Shown: piece by piece, positions 8,081-17,886 of the stretch
How positions within the stretch are numbered: position 1 is the stretch's first letter
How the letters are laid out: every line of letters starts with the position of its first letter
Source: Nitrososphaeria archaeon
GTDB lineage: Archaea; Thermoproteota; Nitrososphaeria; JACIWG01
Direction of reading: 5' to 3'
Length of the DNA stretch: 28,332 nucleotides
NCBI GenBank assembly: GCA_050011875.1
Contig: JBEKIG010000020.1
Coordinates: 1 to 28,332 of the forward strand
The notes under the pieces: generated by a model
Database searches by the model: none
Told to the model about the DNA's origin: nothing
Seen by the model: the letters and a program-made list of their open reading frames with translations, nothing else
Made by a program: the position numbers and the translations under genes

Positions 8081-8228
8081 TGATTTATATCTGACCTAAT
8101 TTTAAGGATTTAGCTATTTGTAATACTAATATAATGAGCTTATTTAAGAATTCTCATGATCCAAATGAGGTGATAGGGAGGGAACAGATGTGATCATTGA
8201 ATAAGGTTAAGTCTCTATGAGATATATA

Positions 8229-8261
8229 TGCACATTTTTGTGCACAAAAGCCTTAATTAAG
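8229..8261 (+). promoter_or_regulatory. trp operon promoter with overlapping palindromic operator(s)
   Basis: TGCACA-N4-TGTGCA (8229-8244) and the perfect 14-mer TTTTGTGCACAAAA (8236-8249) sit on the BRE directly before the TATA-like CTTAATTAAG (8252-8261). Confidence 0.65.
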
Positions 8262-8292
8262 CCATTTATCTACATTTTGGAGCATAAGGGGT

Positions 8293-9726
8293 ATGGAAAG
8301 ATTGGATATCGTAAAAGGCAATGAGCCAGCTGGTGCTCACACATCATTTGAAACCATTCACCGTTTGAAGCTTAGAAAGCTCACTTTTGGGCTCTCTCCT
8401 ATTGAAGTCTTCTCGAAATTCTACAAACAATGCGACAGCGTGTACATTCTTGAGTCAATAGAAGGTCCAAGGAAGCTAGCTCAGTACTCGTTCATTGGAT
8501 TCAATCCTATTTTGACAATCAAAATAAAGAACCGAGAAGTCGTAGTCCAAAACGAAAAAACTGGTGAGAAAACAAAAGAGAAAGCAACTGATCCACTACA
8601 TGAAATAAAAAAAGTTCTTGAAGGCCAACCAATTCTATATAGAAGGCTTAGGTTTGTGGGTGGAGCTGTTGGATATGTCTCTTACGATACCGTAAAATGC
8701 TGGGAAAGGCTACCAGACATAGCAGTCGACGGATCAAGATTCCCTGATGTTGAAGTAGGAGTGTATGATGACGGCATCGTGTTTGACCATAGGAAAAGGC
8801 AAACATTCTACTTTTATTCTAACGAAAACCGTCTATGTGAGGTGAACAGGCTGATGGAAGAGCCTACTGATTCTGAAACTTTTTCTTACGGGCAACCAAA
8901 AGTCAATGTCAGTAAAGAATACTTTGAAAAATCCGTAGAAAAAGCGAAAGAATATGTGGCTGCAGGCGATGTTCTTCAAGTCGTTCTGTCCAAACGCTAC
9001 GAATTCCGTATTAAGGGTAGCATGATAAACTTTTATCGCTCCCTCCGAAAGATAAATCCATCGCCTTACATGTACTTTCTGAAAATGGGTGACCGACAGA
9101 TTGTTGGCTCCAGTCCTGAAATGCTGGTAAGAGTTGACAACAGAATTGTTGAAACTTTTCCTATAGCGGGTACAAGGCCTTGTGGTGGAAACTCTAGCGA
9201 AAGCAGAAGATTAGCTAAAGAGCTGCTGTCAGATCCTAAAGAACGTGCTGAACATGTAATGCTTGTGGATCTGGCTAGAAATGACATTGGAAAGGTTTCG
9301 AAGTTTGGAAGCGTTCGTGTTCCGGAACTCATGAGGGTTCACAGATACAGCCACGTGCAACACATTGTTTCGCAGGTGACGGGCAACCTTAGGGAAGACT
9401 GTGACTGTTACGATGCATTGAGGGCTGTTTTTCCAGCTGGAACAGTATCAGGAGCGCCTAAGGTTAGAGCAATGGAGATTATTGAAGAACTCGAGCCAAC
9501 GAAAAGAGGACCTTATGCAGGTGCTGTTGGCTACTTTTCTTATAATGGTAACGCGGACTTTGCAATCGCCATCAGAACCCTTTTTGCTGTCAAAGACGAA
9601 GCTTACATTCAAGTAGGAGCTGGAATAGTAGCTGATTCCGTCCCAGAAATGGAATGGTTTGAAACGGAGCACAAAGGCAAGGCACTGATGAAAGCATTGG
9701 AAGCCTCAGGAGACGAAATGGCTTGA
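8293..9726 (+). CDS. trpE: Anthranilate synthase component I
   Basis: ILES, NPSPYM, GSSPE, PIAGT, AEHVMLVDLARND, FPAGTVSGAPK, GAGIVADS. Confidence 0.97.
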   Translation: MERLDIVKGNEPAGAHTSFETIHRLKLRKLTFGLSPIEVFSKFYKQCDSVYILESIEGPRKLAQYSFIGFNPILTIKIKNREVVVQNEKTGEKTKEKATDPLHEIKKVLEGQPILYRRLRFVGGAVGYVSYDTVKCWERLPDIAVDGSRFPDVEVGVYDDGIVFDHRKRQTFYFYSNENRLCEVNRLMEEPTDSETFSYGQPKVNVSKEYFEKSVEKAKEYVAAGDVLQVVLSKRYEFRIKGSMINFYRSLRKINPSPYMYFLKMGDRQIVGSSPEMLVRVDNRIVETFPIAGTRPCGGNSSESRRLAKELLSDPKERAEHVMLVDLARNDIGKVSKFGSVRVPELMRVHRYSHVQHIVSQVTGNLREDCDCYDALRAVFPAGTVSGAPKVRAMEIIEELEPTKRGPYAGAVGYFSYNGNADFAIAIRTLFAVKDEAYIQVGAGIVADSVPEMEWFETEHKGKALMKALEASGDEMA

Positions 9727-10313
9727 AAGTTCTGGTTATCGATAATTATGACTCCTTCGTCTACAACCTCGTTCAATGTATAGGGGAACTTGGAGGAGAC
9801 GTTGTCGTCTACAGAAACGACCAAGTAACTCTGGAACAAGTGATGAATCTTAGACCTGACAGAATAGTCATCTCCCCCGGTCCCGGCACACCTGAGGATG
9901 TGCGATATTTCGGCATATGCTCAGCGATCCTACGACATGTTAGCTGCAGAGTTCCCACATTGGGTGTCTGCCTCGGGCATCAAGGAATAATCTATGTCTT
10001 CGGAGGGAGAGTTGTGTCTGCACAAAAACTGATGCATGGAAAAACGAGCTTGATAAAACATGACGGGAAAGGCATTTTCAAGGGCGTCAGAAACCCTTTC
10101 ACTGCTACGCGGTATCATTCGCTCGTTGGAGATAAGCGTTCTGTTCCCCCATGTCTAGAAGTGACCGCAGAATCCCTCGATGATGGAGAAATCATGGGAG
10201 TCCGCCATGTTACCTATCCTATCGAAGGAGTACAGTTTCACCCGGAATCTATCCTTTGCGAAGATGGAAAACTAATCATGAAGAACTTTGTCGAAGGATG
10301 TGATAAGGGATGA
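9723..10313 (+). CDS. trpG: Anthranilate synthase component II (glutamine amidotransferase)
   Basis: IDNYDSF, SPGPG, GVCLGHQ, RYHSL, QFHPES. TTGA overlap with trpE. Confidence 0.97.
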   Translation: MKVLVIDNYDSFVYNLVQCIGELGGDVVVYRNDQVTLEQVMNLRPDRIVISPGPGTPEDVRYFGICSAILRHVSCRVPTLGVCLGHQGIIYVFGGRVVSAQKLMHGKTSLIKHDGKGIFKGVRNPFTATRYHSLVGDKRSVPPCLEVTAESLDDGEIMGVRHVTYPIEGVQFHPESILCEDGKLIMKNFVEGCDKG

Positions 10314-11371
10314 TTAGAGAAGGCATAGCAAAACTTACCGAGCGAGAAGACCTATGTTACGAAGAATCACAAGATATAATGAAAGAAATTATGTCTGGAA
10401 AAGCAGAGTCCACCCAAATAGCTGCATTCTTGACCGCTTTAAGGATGAAGGGAGAGACGGTTGAAGAGATTACAGCATTCGCAAAGGTTATGAGAGAATA
10501 TTGTAGGCGAATTCACCCTCTTGTCAGAGGTCGGCTGGTTGACACTTGCGGAACTGGCGGAGATAAAATAAAGACCTTCAACATCAGCACCGCAGCGGCT
10601 TTTGTCGTTGCAGGTGCAGGGGTAACCGTAGCCAAACATGGAAACCGATCAGTTACTGGCAAGAGTGGAAGTGCTGACGTTTTGGAGAGACTCGGCCTCA
10701 ACCTTAACATGAGCCAAGAAGCCGTTGAGAAAGCAATTGAGAACGTAGGACTAGGCTTTATGTTCGCTCCAGCCTTCCATCCGGCCATGAAGTTCGCTGC
10801 AGGTCCTAGGAGAGAACTAGGTATCAGAACAGTGTTCAACGTTCTTGGTCCTCTAACGAACCCAGCCAACGCAGATGCTCAAGTACTTGGAGTCTACGAT
10901 CACAGACTGACAGAACCTCTAGCTCACGTTTTGAACAACCTTGGCTGTAAGGAAGCGATGGTCGTCCATGGCCTAGATGGATTGGACGAAATTTCCACCA
11001 TAGGTAAGACGGTTATTTCATGGTTGAAGCAAGACGAAGTCTCAACCATTGAAACAGTCCCAGAAGACTTCGACGTTAAGCTAGCTAGGCCAGAAGAAAT
11101 AGAGGGAACCACACCAGACGAAAGCGCTGAAATCACCTTCAAGATTCTCAATGGCTGCGTTGACGCTAACGATCCGAAGAGAGAAATAGTTTTGGTCAAC
11201 GGGGTCGCAGGCATTATTGTAGGCGGTAAGGCTGAAGATTTCGGTTACGGCATAGAACTAGCTCGCGAATCAATCGAGAGCGGTGCTGCCTACAAAAAAC
11301 TCAAAATGTTAGTCAAAGTCTCTGATGGAAACCTCTCAAAGCTTGAGGAGTTTGAGCTGAAGTATGCCTGA
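10310..11371 (+). CDS. trpD: Anthranilate phosphoribosyltransferase
   Basis: DTCGTGGD, NIST, KHGNRS, GSADVLE, GLDE. ATGA overlap. Confidence 0.98.
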   Translation: MIREGIAKLTEREDLCYEESQDIMKEIMSGKAESTQIAAFLTALRMKGETVEEITAFAKVMREYCRRIHPLVRGRLVDTCGTGGDKIKTFNISTAAAFVVAGAGVTVAKHGNRSVTGKSGSADVLERLGLNLNMSQEAVEKAIENVGLGFMFAPAFHPAMKFAAGPRRELGIRTVFNVLGPLTNPANADAQVLGVYDHRLTEPLAHVLNNLGCKEAMVVHGLDGLDEISTIGKTVISWLKQDEVSTIETVPEDFDVKLARPEEIEGTTPDESAEITFKILNGCVDANDPKREIVLVNGVAGIIVGGKAEDFGYGIELARESIESGAAYKKLKMLVKVSDGNLSKLEEFELKYA

Positions 11372-12224
11372 TTTTCTTGACATGTTAGCTCGGGATGCGA
11401 AGGAAACGATCAACAGTGGCTACTACGAGGTTTCAACCCTAATTTCAACTCCTTCTATCAGCTTGGAAAAGGCGATCGTTCAAAGCAAATACATTCCAAT
11501 CATCTCCGAAATCAAAGCTGCCTCACCTTCGTTAGGCACGATTAGAAAGAACCTTAACCCAGGGAAAGTTGCAGGAGCTATGGAAAAGGGTGGAGCGGTG
11601 GGAATATCGGTACTGACTGAGCCAAAGCATTTTGAAGGGTCTCTTATTTGCCTCGCCAAAGTTCGGAAGGCAGTAAAACTTCCAATCCTTATGAAAGACA
11701 TCATCATCAGTACAGCACAGCTCGAAACTGCCTCTAAAACTGGCGCAAACGCTGTACTTCTTATAGAAGCCCTTTTTGAGAGAGGATACTGCGAATGCGA
11801 CATTCATGAAATGATTGCCAAAGCTCATTTGAAAAATCTTGAAGTCCTATTGGAAACCCATAACATGGATGAGTTTCAGTTTGCAGTCAGTAGCGGTGCT
11901 GATCTGATCGGCATCAATAATCGAAATCTTGGGACATTGAAAGTGGATCTTAACGTCACAAAGAAAATCTTAGAAAAAAATGGCACTAACGGGATAACTG
12001 TCGTGAGCGAGAGCGGAGTCGAAACGCTCAATGATCTCCGCTTTCTATACAAGTGTGGCGCTCATGCCTTTTTGATTGGATCAGCAATTATGTTGGCTAA
12101 TGACATCGAAAAGAAAGTCAGGGAGTTTGTGTTGGCTCTTGACTGGCGTTGGACTGAAACAAATGACCAAGGCTCCAAGAGAGCCATGGAGTCCATTGAA
12201 CGCAAGGAGGATGTCAGAGCATGA
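11364..12224 (+). CDS. trpC: Indole-3-glycerol phosphate synthase with a 27-aa C-terminal extension
   Basis: [43 protein letters not shown]. Confidence 0.95.
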   Translation: MPDFLDMLARDAKETINSGYYEVSTLISTPSISLEKAIVQSKYIPIISEIKAASPSLGTIRKNLNPGKVAGAMEKGGAVGISVLTEPKHFEGSLICLAKVRKAVKLPILMKDIIISTAQLETASKTGANAVLLIEALFERGYCECDIHEMIAKAHLKNLEVLLETHNMDEFQFAVSSGADLIGINNRNLGTLKVDLNVTKKILEKNGTNGITVVSESGVETLNDLRFLYKCGAHAFLIGSAIMLANDIEKKVREFVLALDWRWTETNDQGSKRAMESIERKEDVRA

Positions 12225-13420
12225 AGAAATTAAGTCTATATCCAGTTGGCGGAAAATATGGTAAATATGGTGGGCGTTTCGTTCCAGAAACGCTAATGGA
12301 GGCGCTTGGAGAACTAGAGGAAGCTTATGAGCGAGTCAAGAATGACCCAACCTTCAAAAAGGAACTAGAGTATTACCTGTCAGAATACGCTGGGAGACCA
12401 ACTCCATCATACTATGCAGAGAATTTGACAAAGAGATTAGGTGGGCCAAAAATCTACCTCAAACGGGAGGACCTTGCCCACGGAGGCGCTCACAAAATCA
12501 ACAATACTCTTGGACAAGCCCTCCTTGCAAGAAGAATGGGGAAGAAAAGGGTTATCGCTGAAACTGGAGCAGGTCAGCATGGGGTATCTACAGCCATGGC
12601 CTGTGCTGTTCTCGGGTTAAAAGCTGAGATATACATGGGTGCTGAAGACATGAAAAGACAGAAGCTCAACGTTTTCAGGATGAAGCTGCTGGACGCTGAA
12701 GTTCACCCTGTAGAAGCTGGCTCTAAGACATTAAAGGACGCCATCAACGAAGCTCTGAGAGACTGGGTTACCAACGTTCAAACAACATATTATCTAATAG
12801 GATCAGTTGTAGGTCCACACCCGTATCCAATGATCGTCAGGGATTTCCAAAGCGTCATAGGCTGTGAGCTTAAGGAGCAGGTCATGCAGAAGGAGGGGCG
12901 ACTACCAGATGTGTTGGTCGCATGTGTAGGAGGCGGAAGCAATGCCATAGGCACTTTCTATCCCTTCTTGGACTATCCGCAAGTCAGAATGTACGGAGTT
13001 GAAGCAGGTGGCAAGGGAATAGAATCCGGCAAACATGCAGCCACCCTATGTGCCGGAGACGAAGGGGTCTTCCATGGCATGCTAAGTTACGTTCTCCAAG
13101 ATAGAGACGGTCAAATACAGGCTACACATAGCATATCTGCAGGCCTCGATTACCCAGGAGTCGGACCAGAACATTCCTTTCTTAAAAGTAATCAAAGAGT
13201 TCAATACGTCAACGCGACCGACGAGAAGGCTGTGAATGCTTTCCTTATGCTCTCAAAAGAGGAGGGCATAATCCCCGCTCTGGAACCATCACATGCCCTT
13301 GCTTTCACCATGGAGCTGGCTCCAAAGATGAAGAAGGAGGAAATAGTTGTGGTCACCCTCTCTGGACGCGGAGACAAGGATGTTGAAGTGGTGGCTGACA
13401 GCCTAGGTGCAAAGATATGA
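12221..13420 (+). CDS. trpB: Tryptophan synthase beta chain (TrpB1)
   Basis: GAHKINN (PLP lysine), [42 protein letters not shown]. Confidence 0.98.
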   Translation: MKKLSLYPVGGKYGKYGGRFVPETLMEALGELEEAYERVKNDPTFKKELEYYLSEYAGRPTPSYYAENLTKRLGGPKIYLKREDLAHGGAHKINNTLGQALLARRMGKKRVIAETGAGQHGVSTAMACAVLGLKAEIYMGAEDMKRQKLNVFRMKLLDAEVHPVEAGSKTLKDAINEALRDWVTNVQTTYYLIGSVVGPHPYPMIVRDFQSVIGCELKEQVMQKEGRLPDVLVACVGGGSNAIGTFYPFLDYPQVRMYGVEAGGKGIESGKHAATLCAGDEGVFHGMLSYVLQDRDGQIQATHSISAGLDYPGVGPEHSFLKSNQRVQYVNATDEKAVNAFLMLSKEEGIIPALEPSHALAFTMELAPKMKKEEIVVVTLSGRGDKDVEVVADSLGAKI

Positions 13421-14226
13421 GGGAAATAGGCAGGGTTTTCCAGAAGCTCAAGGAGGAGCGCAGCGGAGCTCTCATAGGCTACATTATGTGCGGAGACCCC
13501 AAACCAGAGCATACGCCCAAGATTGCCCAAGCACTAGTCCAAGGTGGAGTAGATATCCTAGAACTTGGGTTACCCTTCTCCGATCCAATAGCCGACGGAC
13601 CAACAATACAAGCCGCCAGCGTACGTGCACTAAAAGCGGGAACAAAACCTAGGATGGTATTAGAAACCGCCAAACAAATCAAGGAAGAACATCGTATACC
13701 TATTGCAATCTTAACGTACTATAATCCAATCTTCAGAATGGGACCAGATACCTTCTTCAGATCGGCAAGAGACTGCGGAGTTGACGGTGTAATCGTCCCC
13801 GACCTGCCAGTGGAGGAAGCACATGACTACAGAAAGACTGCTGAAACTCACGAAATAGACACAATTTTCCTCGCAGCACCATCCACCTCCACTAGAAGAC
13901 TTCAAAAAATAGTCAAGTGTACTTCAGGCTTTCTCTACCTTGTCTCCAGCCTCGGGGTAACCGGAGAAAGGATGAACATTCAAGATTCAACCATTCAACT
14001 GATCAAGAAGTTTAAACCATACACAGCTGGACGAATCCCTCTGGCCGTAGGCTTCGGAATCTCTACATCCGATCATGTCAAAGCCGTCATCGAAAACGGA
14101 GCAGATGGAGCAATAGTGGGCAGCGCCTTTGTCAACATCGTCAGGAAGAATCAGAGAAACAGCAGAAAAATGCTAGATGAAATAGAAGAGAAAGCGCGCG
14201 ACCTGAAAACGTCAACCAAAACATAA
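13417..14226 (+). CDS. trpA: Tryptophan synthase alpha chain
   Basis: [38 protein letters not shown]. Confidence 0.98.
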   Translation: MREIGRVFQKLKEERSGALIGYIMCGDPKPEHTPKIAQALVQGGVDILELGLPFSDPIADGPTIQAASVRALKAGTKPRMVLETAKQIKEEHRIPIAILTYYNPIFRMGPDTFFRSARDCGVDGVIVPDLPVEEAHDYRKTAETHEIDTIFLAAPSTSTRRLQKIVKCTSGFLYLVSSLGVTGERMNIQDSTIQLIKKFKPYTAGRIPLAVGFGISTSDHVKAVIENGADGAIVGSAFVNIVRKNQRNSRKMLDEIEEKARDLKTSTKT

Positions 14227-14456
14227 TCACCTTAATAGGTCGGGATATCCTTTGAGCTTAAAGATAGGTCTAAGATTTGGTTCAACTGTGAAGCAGAAAG
14301 CATTTGGTTCGAAACAGACATGGCGATCTATCTAGCAACATGCAATCCCAGCTTTGAAACCTTTCTAGAAAACATTATACTACACCAAGAGCCATAACAA
14401 AAATTGCCACAGCTTGTCCGGGACACTATGCAGATGTTATGTGATTGGGTACTGGT

Positions 14457-14600
14457 TTAGCTATTGATTTGCTCATAAATATGATCAAGTTCTAAATAGA
14501 AGTTCCGCAGAGTTTCATTGTTGTTGACGACGAAGTCAGCGCGATGTTCTAGTTCATCGCTTCCAAGTTCAGTTTTGGCCATCTCGAAATTCCCTAAAAC
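14457..14600 (-). pseudogene. C-terminal remnant of a P-loop nucleotide kinase-like protein
   Basis: NFEMAKTELGSDELEHRADFVVNNNETLRNFYLELDHIYEQINS* fits the ADxxixNxxtlxxl tail of NMP/dephospho-CoA kinase-like proteins. Upstream frame contains stops. Confidence 0.45.
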
Positions 14601-14896
14601 GTCTGACAAAACGGTGTCTGATCAAATGTCTAATCAAGATATGGCAAAAGGCGATGTTAAGCAATGACACATTATTTGGTTCGCGTCGTTGAATACTTCT
14701 GGGATCCTCTTGCAAAATTTGTCCGACATAAGCCTATAGCTAGTAGGAGCATTTTTCTGCCCGATAACCATGATGCATTTGTTTAAATCAGGGTCCAATT
14801 CTGAAAAACTTTTTTATAATACATGGAAAAAAGAAAAAAACTTTGGAGCGTACGTTATAAGTGCAGTGGAAGAACAATACTATAAAGGTTGACAGA

Positions 14897-15050
14897 CTAT
14901 TGTTTAAGGATGAAAAGATTTTCTCAAAAGATGAGCAACTGAATCTTAAACCTTCGACAATAAAAGAAGTTGTAAAATTGTTTGAGTATATTGATCTTCA
15001 TGGTATTGATGAGGATTTAAATGGTAGGCTGTTTGAAAATTTCTTGACGG
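14897..15050 (+). pseudogene. Internal fragment of a type I-like N6-adenine DNA methyltransferase
   Basis: IFSKDEQLNLKPSTIKEVVKLFEYIDLHGIDEDLNGRLFENFL is the segment that normally precedes GQFFTPR, which is absent here. Confidence 0.7.
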
Positions 15051-15155
15051 TAACTGATAATAGAGTTATCCAATCAAGAGAAAATTTGGATCTAGCTCAT
15101 CAAATTGGCTGAGAAGTACTCAAAACTCTATATGACTTATTATTTAATAGGTGCA

Positions 15156-15578
15156 TTAATTGCAACATTTGCCTTTTGGTATCAGGTCTCCGTGAGGGCA
15201 CTGTCTCGGGTGTTTTAATAGTGTACATAGGGCATCCATGAACTCTTCGTCCATATGGTGCTCCATTCCGCAAACATTTTCTTCACTGATGTTCGTCTTT
15301 AGAGTTTCCTTCATCAACACTTCAATCAATCTGTGGGCGCGAATAATTCTTCTGGCTATTATTTTTCCCTTATCTGTAAGTTGAATTCCTTGTCTGGGCA
15401 CATATACAACAAAGCCTTCTTTTTCTAACTTCTTTAGCATCTCCACGGCGCTAGGCGCAGATATTCCTAAATGATTTGCCACCCACTTTATTCGTGCTAG
15501 TCTCTCCCCACTTTCCTCTGATACCCAAAGCGCCTCTAGATACTCTTCAACGCTCTCGGATACTTCCTCAGCCACCAT
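15156..15578 (-). CDS. DtxR/MntR-family metal-dependent transcriptional regulator
   Basis: EEYLEAL, wHTH, HRLIE, CGMEHH, CPHG. Ends in KCCN. No FeoA/SH3 domain. Confidence 0.95.
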   Translation of the reverse strand: MVAEEVSESVEEYLEALWVSEESGERLARIKWVANHLGISAPSAVEMLKKLEKEGFVVYVPRQGIQLTDKGKIIARRIIRAHRLIEVLMKETLKTNISEENVCGMEHHMDEEFMDALCTLLKHPRQCPHGDLIPKGKCCN

Positions 15579-15952
15579 CGAGTATAGTGAATTAAACTAT
15601 CATAGATATAAAGTTGAATTCCAATACATTTAGCGAATGCTTCAATAAACATCGACTATTCTCTGAAACTCAAACCCACCTACGGCATTTTCTGCTCCCC
15701 AATCAGATCTGGAATCTGGAAAGTTTATGAGGTCTGTTACCCACATCTTAAAGCAGCCTAGATTCTGAGAAGATGTCTCCAAGCGTTATTGCAACTCCGA
15801 TTTCGGCTATATTTAAGATGGCAGTGGCCTTATAGCTGAATTCTCTATTCATTGTAGCTCTCCATGGAATGTAGATTTTGATGACGAAGGCGAAGATATA
15901 TTCTCATAGCCAAAAGCACATATCCAAAGTTACTTTCAAGAAAATGATGGGC

Positions 15953-17149
15953 CTAAAGGAAGGAAGCAAAGCCGAGGATTCCAGTTATTACTATCAAAAC
16001 TGACACCACCCAGAACACCATCATCCACTGCGTGCTATGCTGATGTCCATTCATCACCTTGGCGTCTGAGACAAGTCTGCCCAGAAAGTACAGAGAAGGT
16101 ATAATGATTATTGGGTATATGATCATCAAGTTCAGCATGAGCTGGATGTAGCCTGTCACTGTAGCTACAAGGATTACAGCTGGGAGGCTTTCAAGTGCAT
16201 AAACCGCGATAAATGAAGCCTTTGAGGTTTGGCCGGTTGCCTCTAGTACACCCCAGGCTGAGCCAAGGGATATGGTGATAAGGGCGAGAAAGCCTGCAAA
16301 GAGGAAACTCATCCCCATAATTAGGGAAGCGTACGGCCCGAAGAAAGGTAACACTTTTGACAGTTCTTCTACATTGATTAGGTTGGTCCCACCTGAAAGG
16401 CGTATCCCTGCCACAACCACTATTATCATCAGAATCTCCGAGACCGTAGCGCCGAGTAAGGTCTCTATGCGTTCATTCTTCAGGTCCTTCGCCTGCTTCT
16501 CCCTTCGGCAATCTGCACCCGAGTGAAAGTACAACATCCAGGGCATTATAACAGCACCTACGTTTGCTGCAAGAAGATAATCGAAGGATGGCTCACCATA
16601 CGGCTGGAGGGGAGAAAGACCTACGGAGAGAAACTCTTTAATGTCGATGTGGAAGACAAGTGCTGAGGCTGCTATTACGGCTACGACCAGGAAACTCAGA
16701 GGTATGAGTATTATCTCGGCCTGCCTGTATCGTTTACCAATTACAACCACCGTGTGAATCATGTACGCCGATAAGATGCCTAGGAGAACCGGTATACCAA
16801 GGAGACTGAGGCCTATAGCTATCCCGGCATACTCGGCTACATATTCAAGAAAGTCTGTCACACCCATAGGGATGGCGGCCATCATAGCCGCACGTTTTCC
16901 ATAGAATCTTCTTATGGCCGCACCTAGTCCAAGACATGAAGCAATTCCCAGGCTGCCTGCCGCATATTGAACGAGGAATAGAGGAAATATAAGTATTAGG
17001 AGGATGAATATCATTCTGTAACCGAAGCTAGCGCCAGCTTGAAGGGCTGCAATGATAGAGGGTATGTCTACGTCCGCTATCATTACAAGCCAAGCTGGCC
17101 CAAAATTCGTAAGCCAATCAACCACCATAGAAGCACTATGGTTACGCAT
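15953..17149 (-). CDS. NRAMP-family divalent metal cation transporter
   Basis: FGPAWLVMIADVD, GASFGY, AEYAG, GAVIMPWMLYFHS, about 11 TM helices. Confidence 0.92.
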   Translation of the reverse strand: MRNHSASMVVDWLTNFGPAWLVMIADVDIPSIIAALQAGASFGYRMIFILLILIFPLFLVQYAAGSLGIASCLGLGAAIRRFYGKRAAMMAAIPMGVTDFLEYVAEYAGIAIGLSLLGIPVLLGILSAYMIHTVVVIGKRYRQAEIILIPLSFLVVAVIAASALVFHIDIKEFLSVGLSPLQPYGEPSFDYLLAANVGAVIMPWMLYFHSGADCRREKQAKDLKNERIETLLGATVSEILMIIVVVAGIRLSGGTNLINVEELSKVLPFFGPYASLIMGMSFLFAGFLALITISLGSAWGVLEATGQTSKASFIAVYALESLPAVILVATVTGYIQLMLNLMIIYPIIIIPSLYFLGRLVSDAKVMNGHQHSTQWMMVFWVVSVLIVITGILGFASFL

Positions 17150-17186
17150 GTTAACAAAATTAAGTAGCTTTTTATGATCCGTAGCA

Positions 17187-17230
17187 ATATATTAGGTCAG
17201 CCTAATATATATATATTTAGGTCTTCCTAA
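17187..17230. promoter_or_regulatory. Tandem DtxR/MntR-type operators flanking the NRAMP TATA box
   Basis: ATATATTAGG-TCAG-CCTAATATAT (17187-17210) and TTAGG-TCTT-CCTAA (17217-17230), both TTAGG-N4-CCTAA, 25 bp apart, around a TATATATA tract. Confidence 0.85.
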
Positions 17231-17322
17231 TATCGCTAGCCATCACAACAGATCCAGATCATAACTAGTTCAAAGAGGAATCGGCTACCGCAACAAAAAG
17301 CGATAGTTGTGTTCATATGAAA

Positions 17323-17780
17323 TTAAGATATCTTGGTTGATACTATCTCGCAGCCTTTTCTCAAGATCGCATCGTCCCCGATTACACTCACTCCAGATAT
17401 ACAGTTCGGGCTTTCAAGAGAGGACATGATCTTGACATGTCTACCTATGATGCTGTCGCGTATCTCAGCTCGATCCCCTATTATTGCCCTATTCATTATT
17501 GCAGACTTTTCTATGACTATATTCTTACCAATTTTGCAGAAGTTGTTAATACAGGAGTCCTTTGTCATTGCACTTGTACTAATATGACAATCCCTGCCAA
17601 CCAAGACAGCTCCGTCTAAGTTGACCTTTCCATCTCGGACGTTCTGCATTATTTCAGCTCTCCTTTTTAATGATTCCATACTTTCGCCTTGAATCCAAAT
17701 ATTCTCTTTTCCGATACTTTTCCTTCAATATCTAGTCCTCTTGCGATATTGTGAAGTATTCTTATCATCGTGTTCATGAC
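17323..17780 (-). pseudogene. Fragment of an NDP-sugar synthase / nucleotidyltransferase (left-handed beta-helix region)
   Basis: Hexapeptide repeats (IGKNIVIEKSAIMNRAIIGDRAEIRDSIIGRH). In-frame upstream ENIWIQGES, with an apparent frameshift near 17705-17710. Catalytic N-domain missing and C-terminus cut short. Confidence 0.75.
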
Positions 17781-17886
17781 AAGGTGTACAAGCTAAAAGT
17801 TAAAGAAGAGCATAAGCTGTTCAGTATTATGGAGAGGAAAAGTCTTATATTATGATGTTTTTAATATTGTCTACAGCAACTTGTAT

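Noticed and set aside
8293-10313. TrpE/TrpG as PabB/PabA supplying pABA to the nearby folP
   Set aside because: The large subunit has PIAGT (anthranilate synthase) rather than PIKGT and heads a trp operon. An amphibolic TrpG cannot be excluded, but nothing here supports it.
12076-12264. 62-aa ORF as a mini-TrpF
   Set aside because: No VKICG or GVDVSSGVE-type motifs. It overlaps trpC and trpB out of frame.
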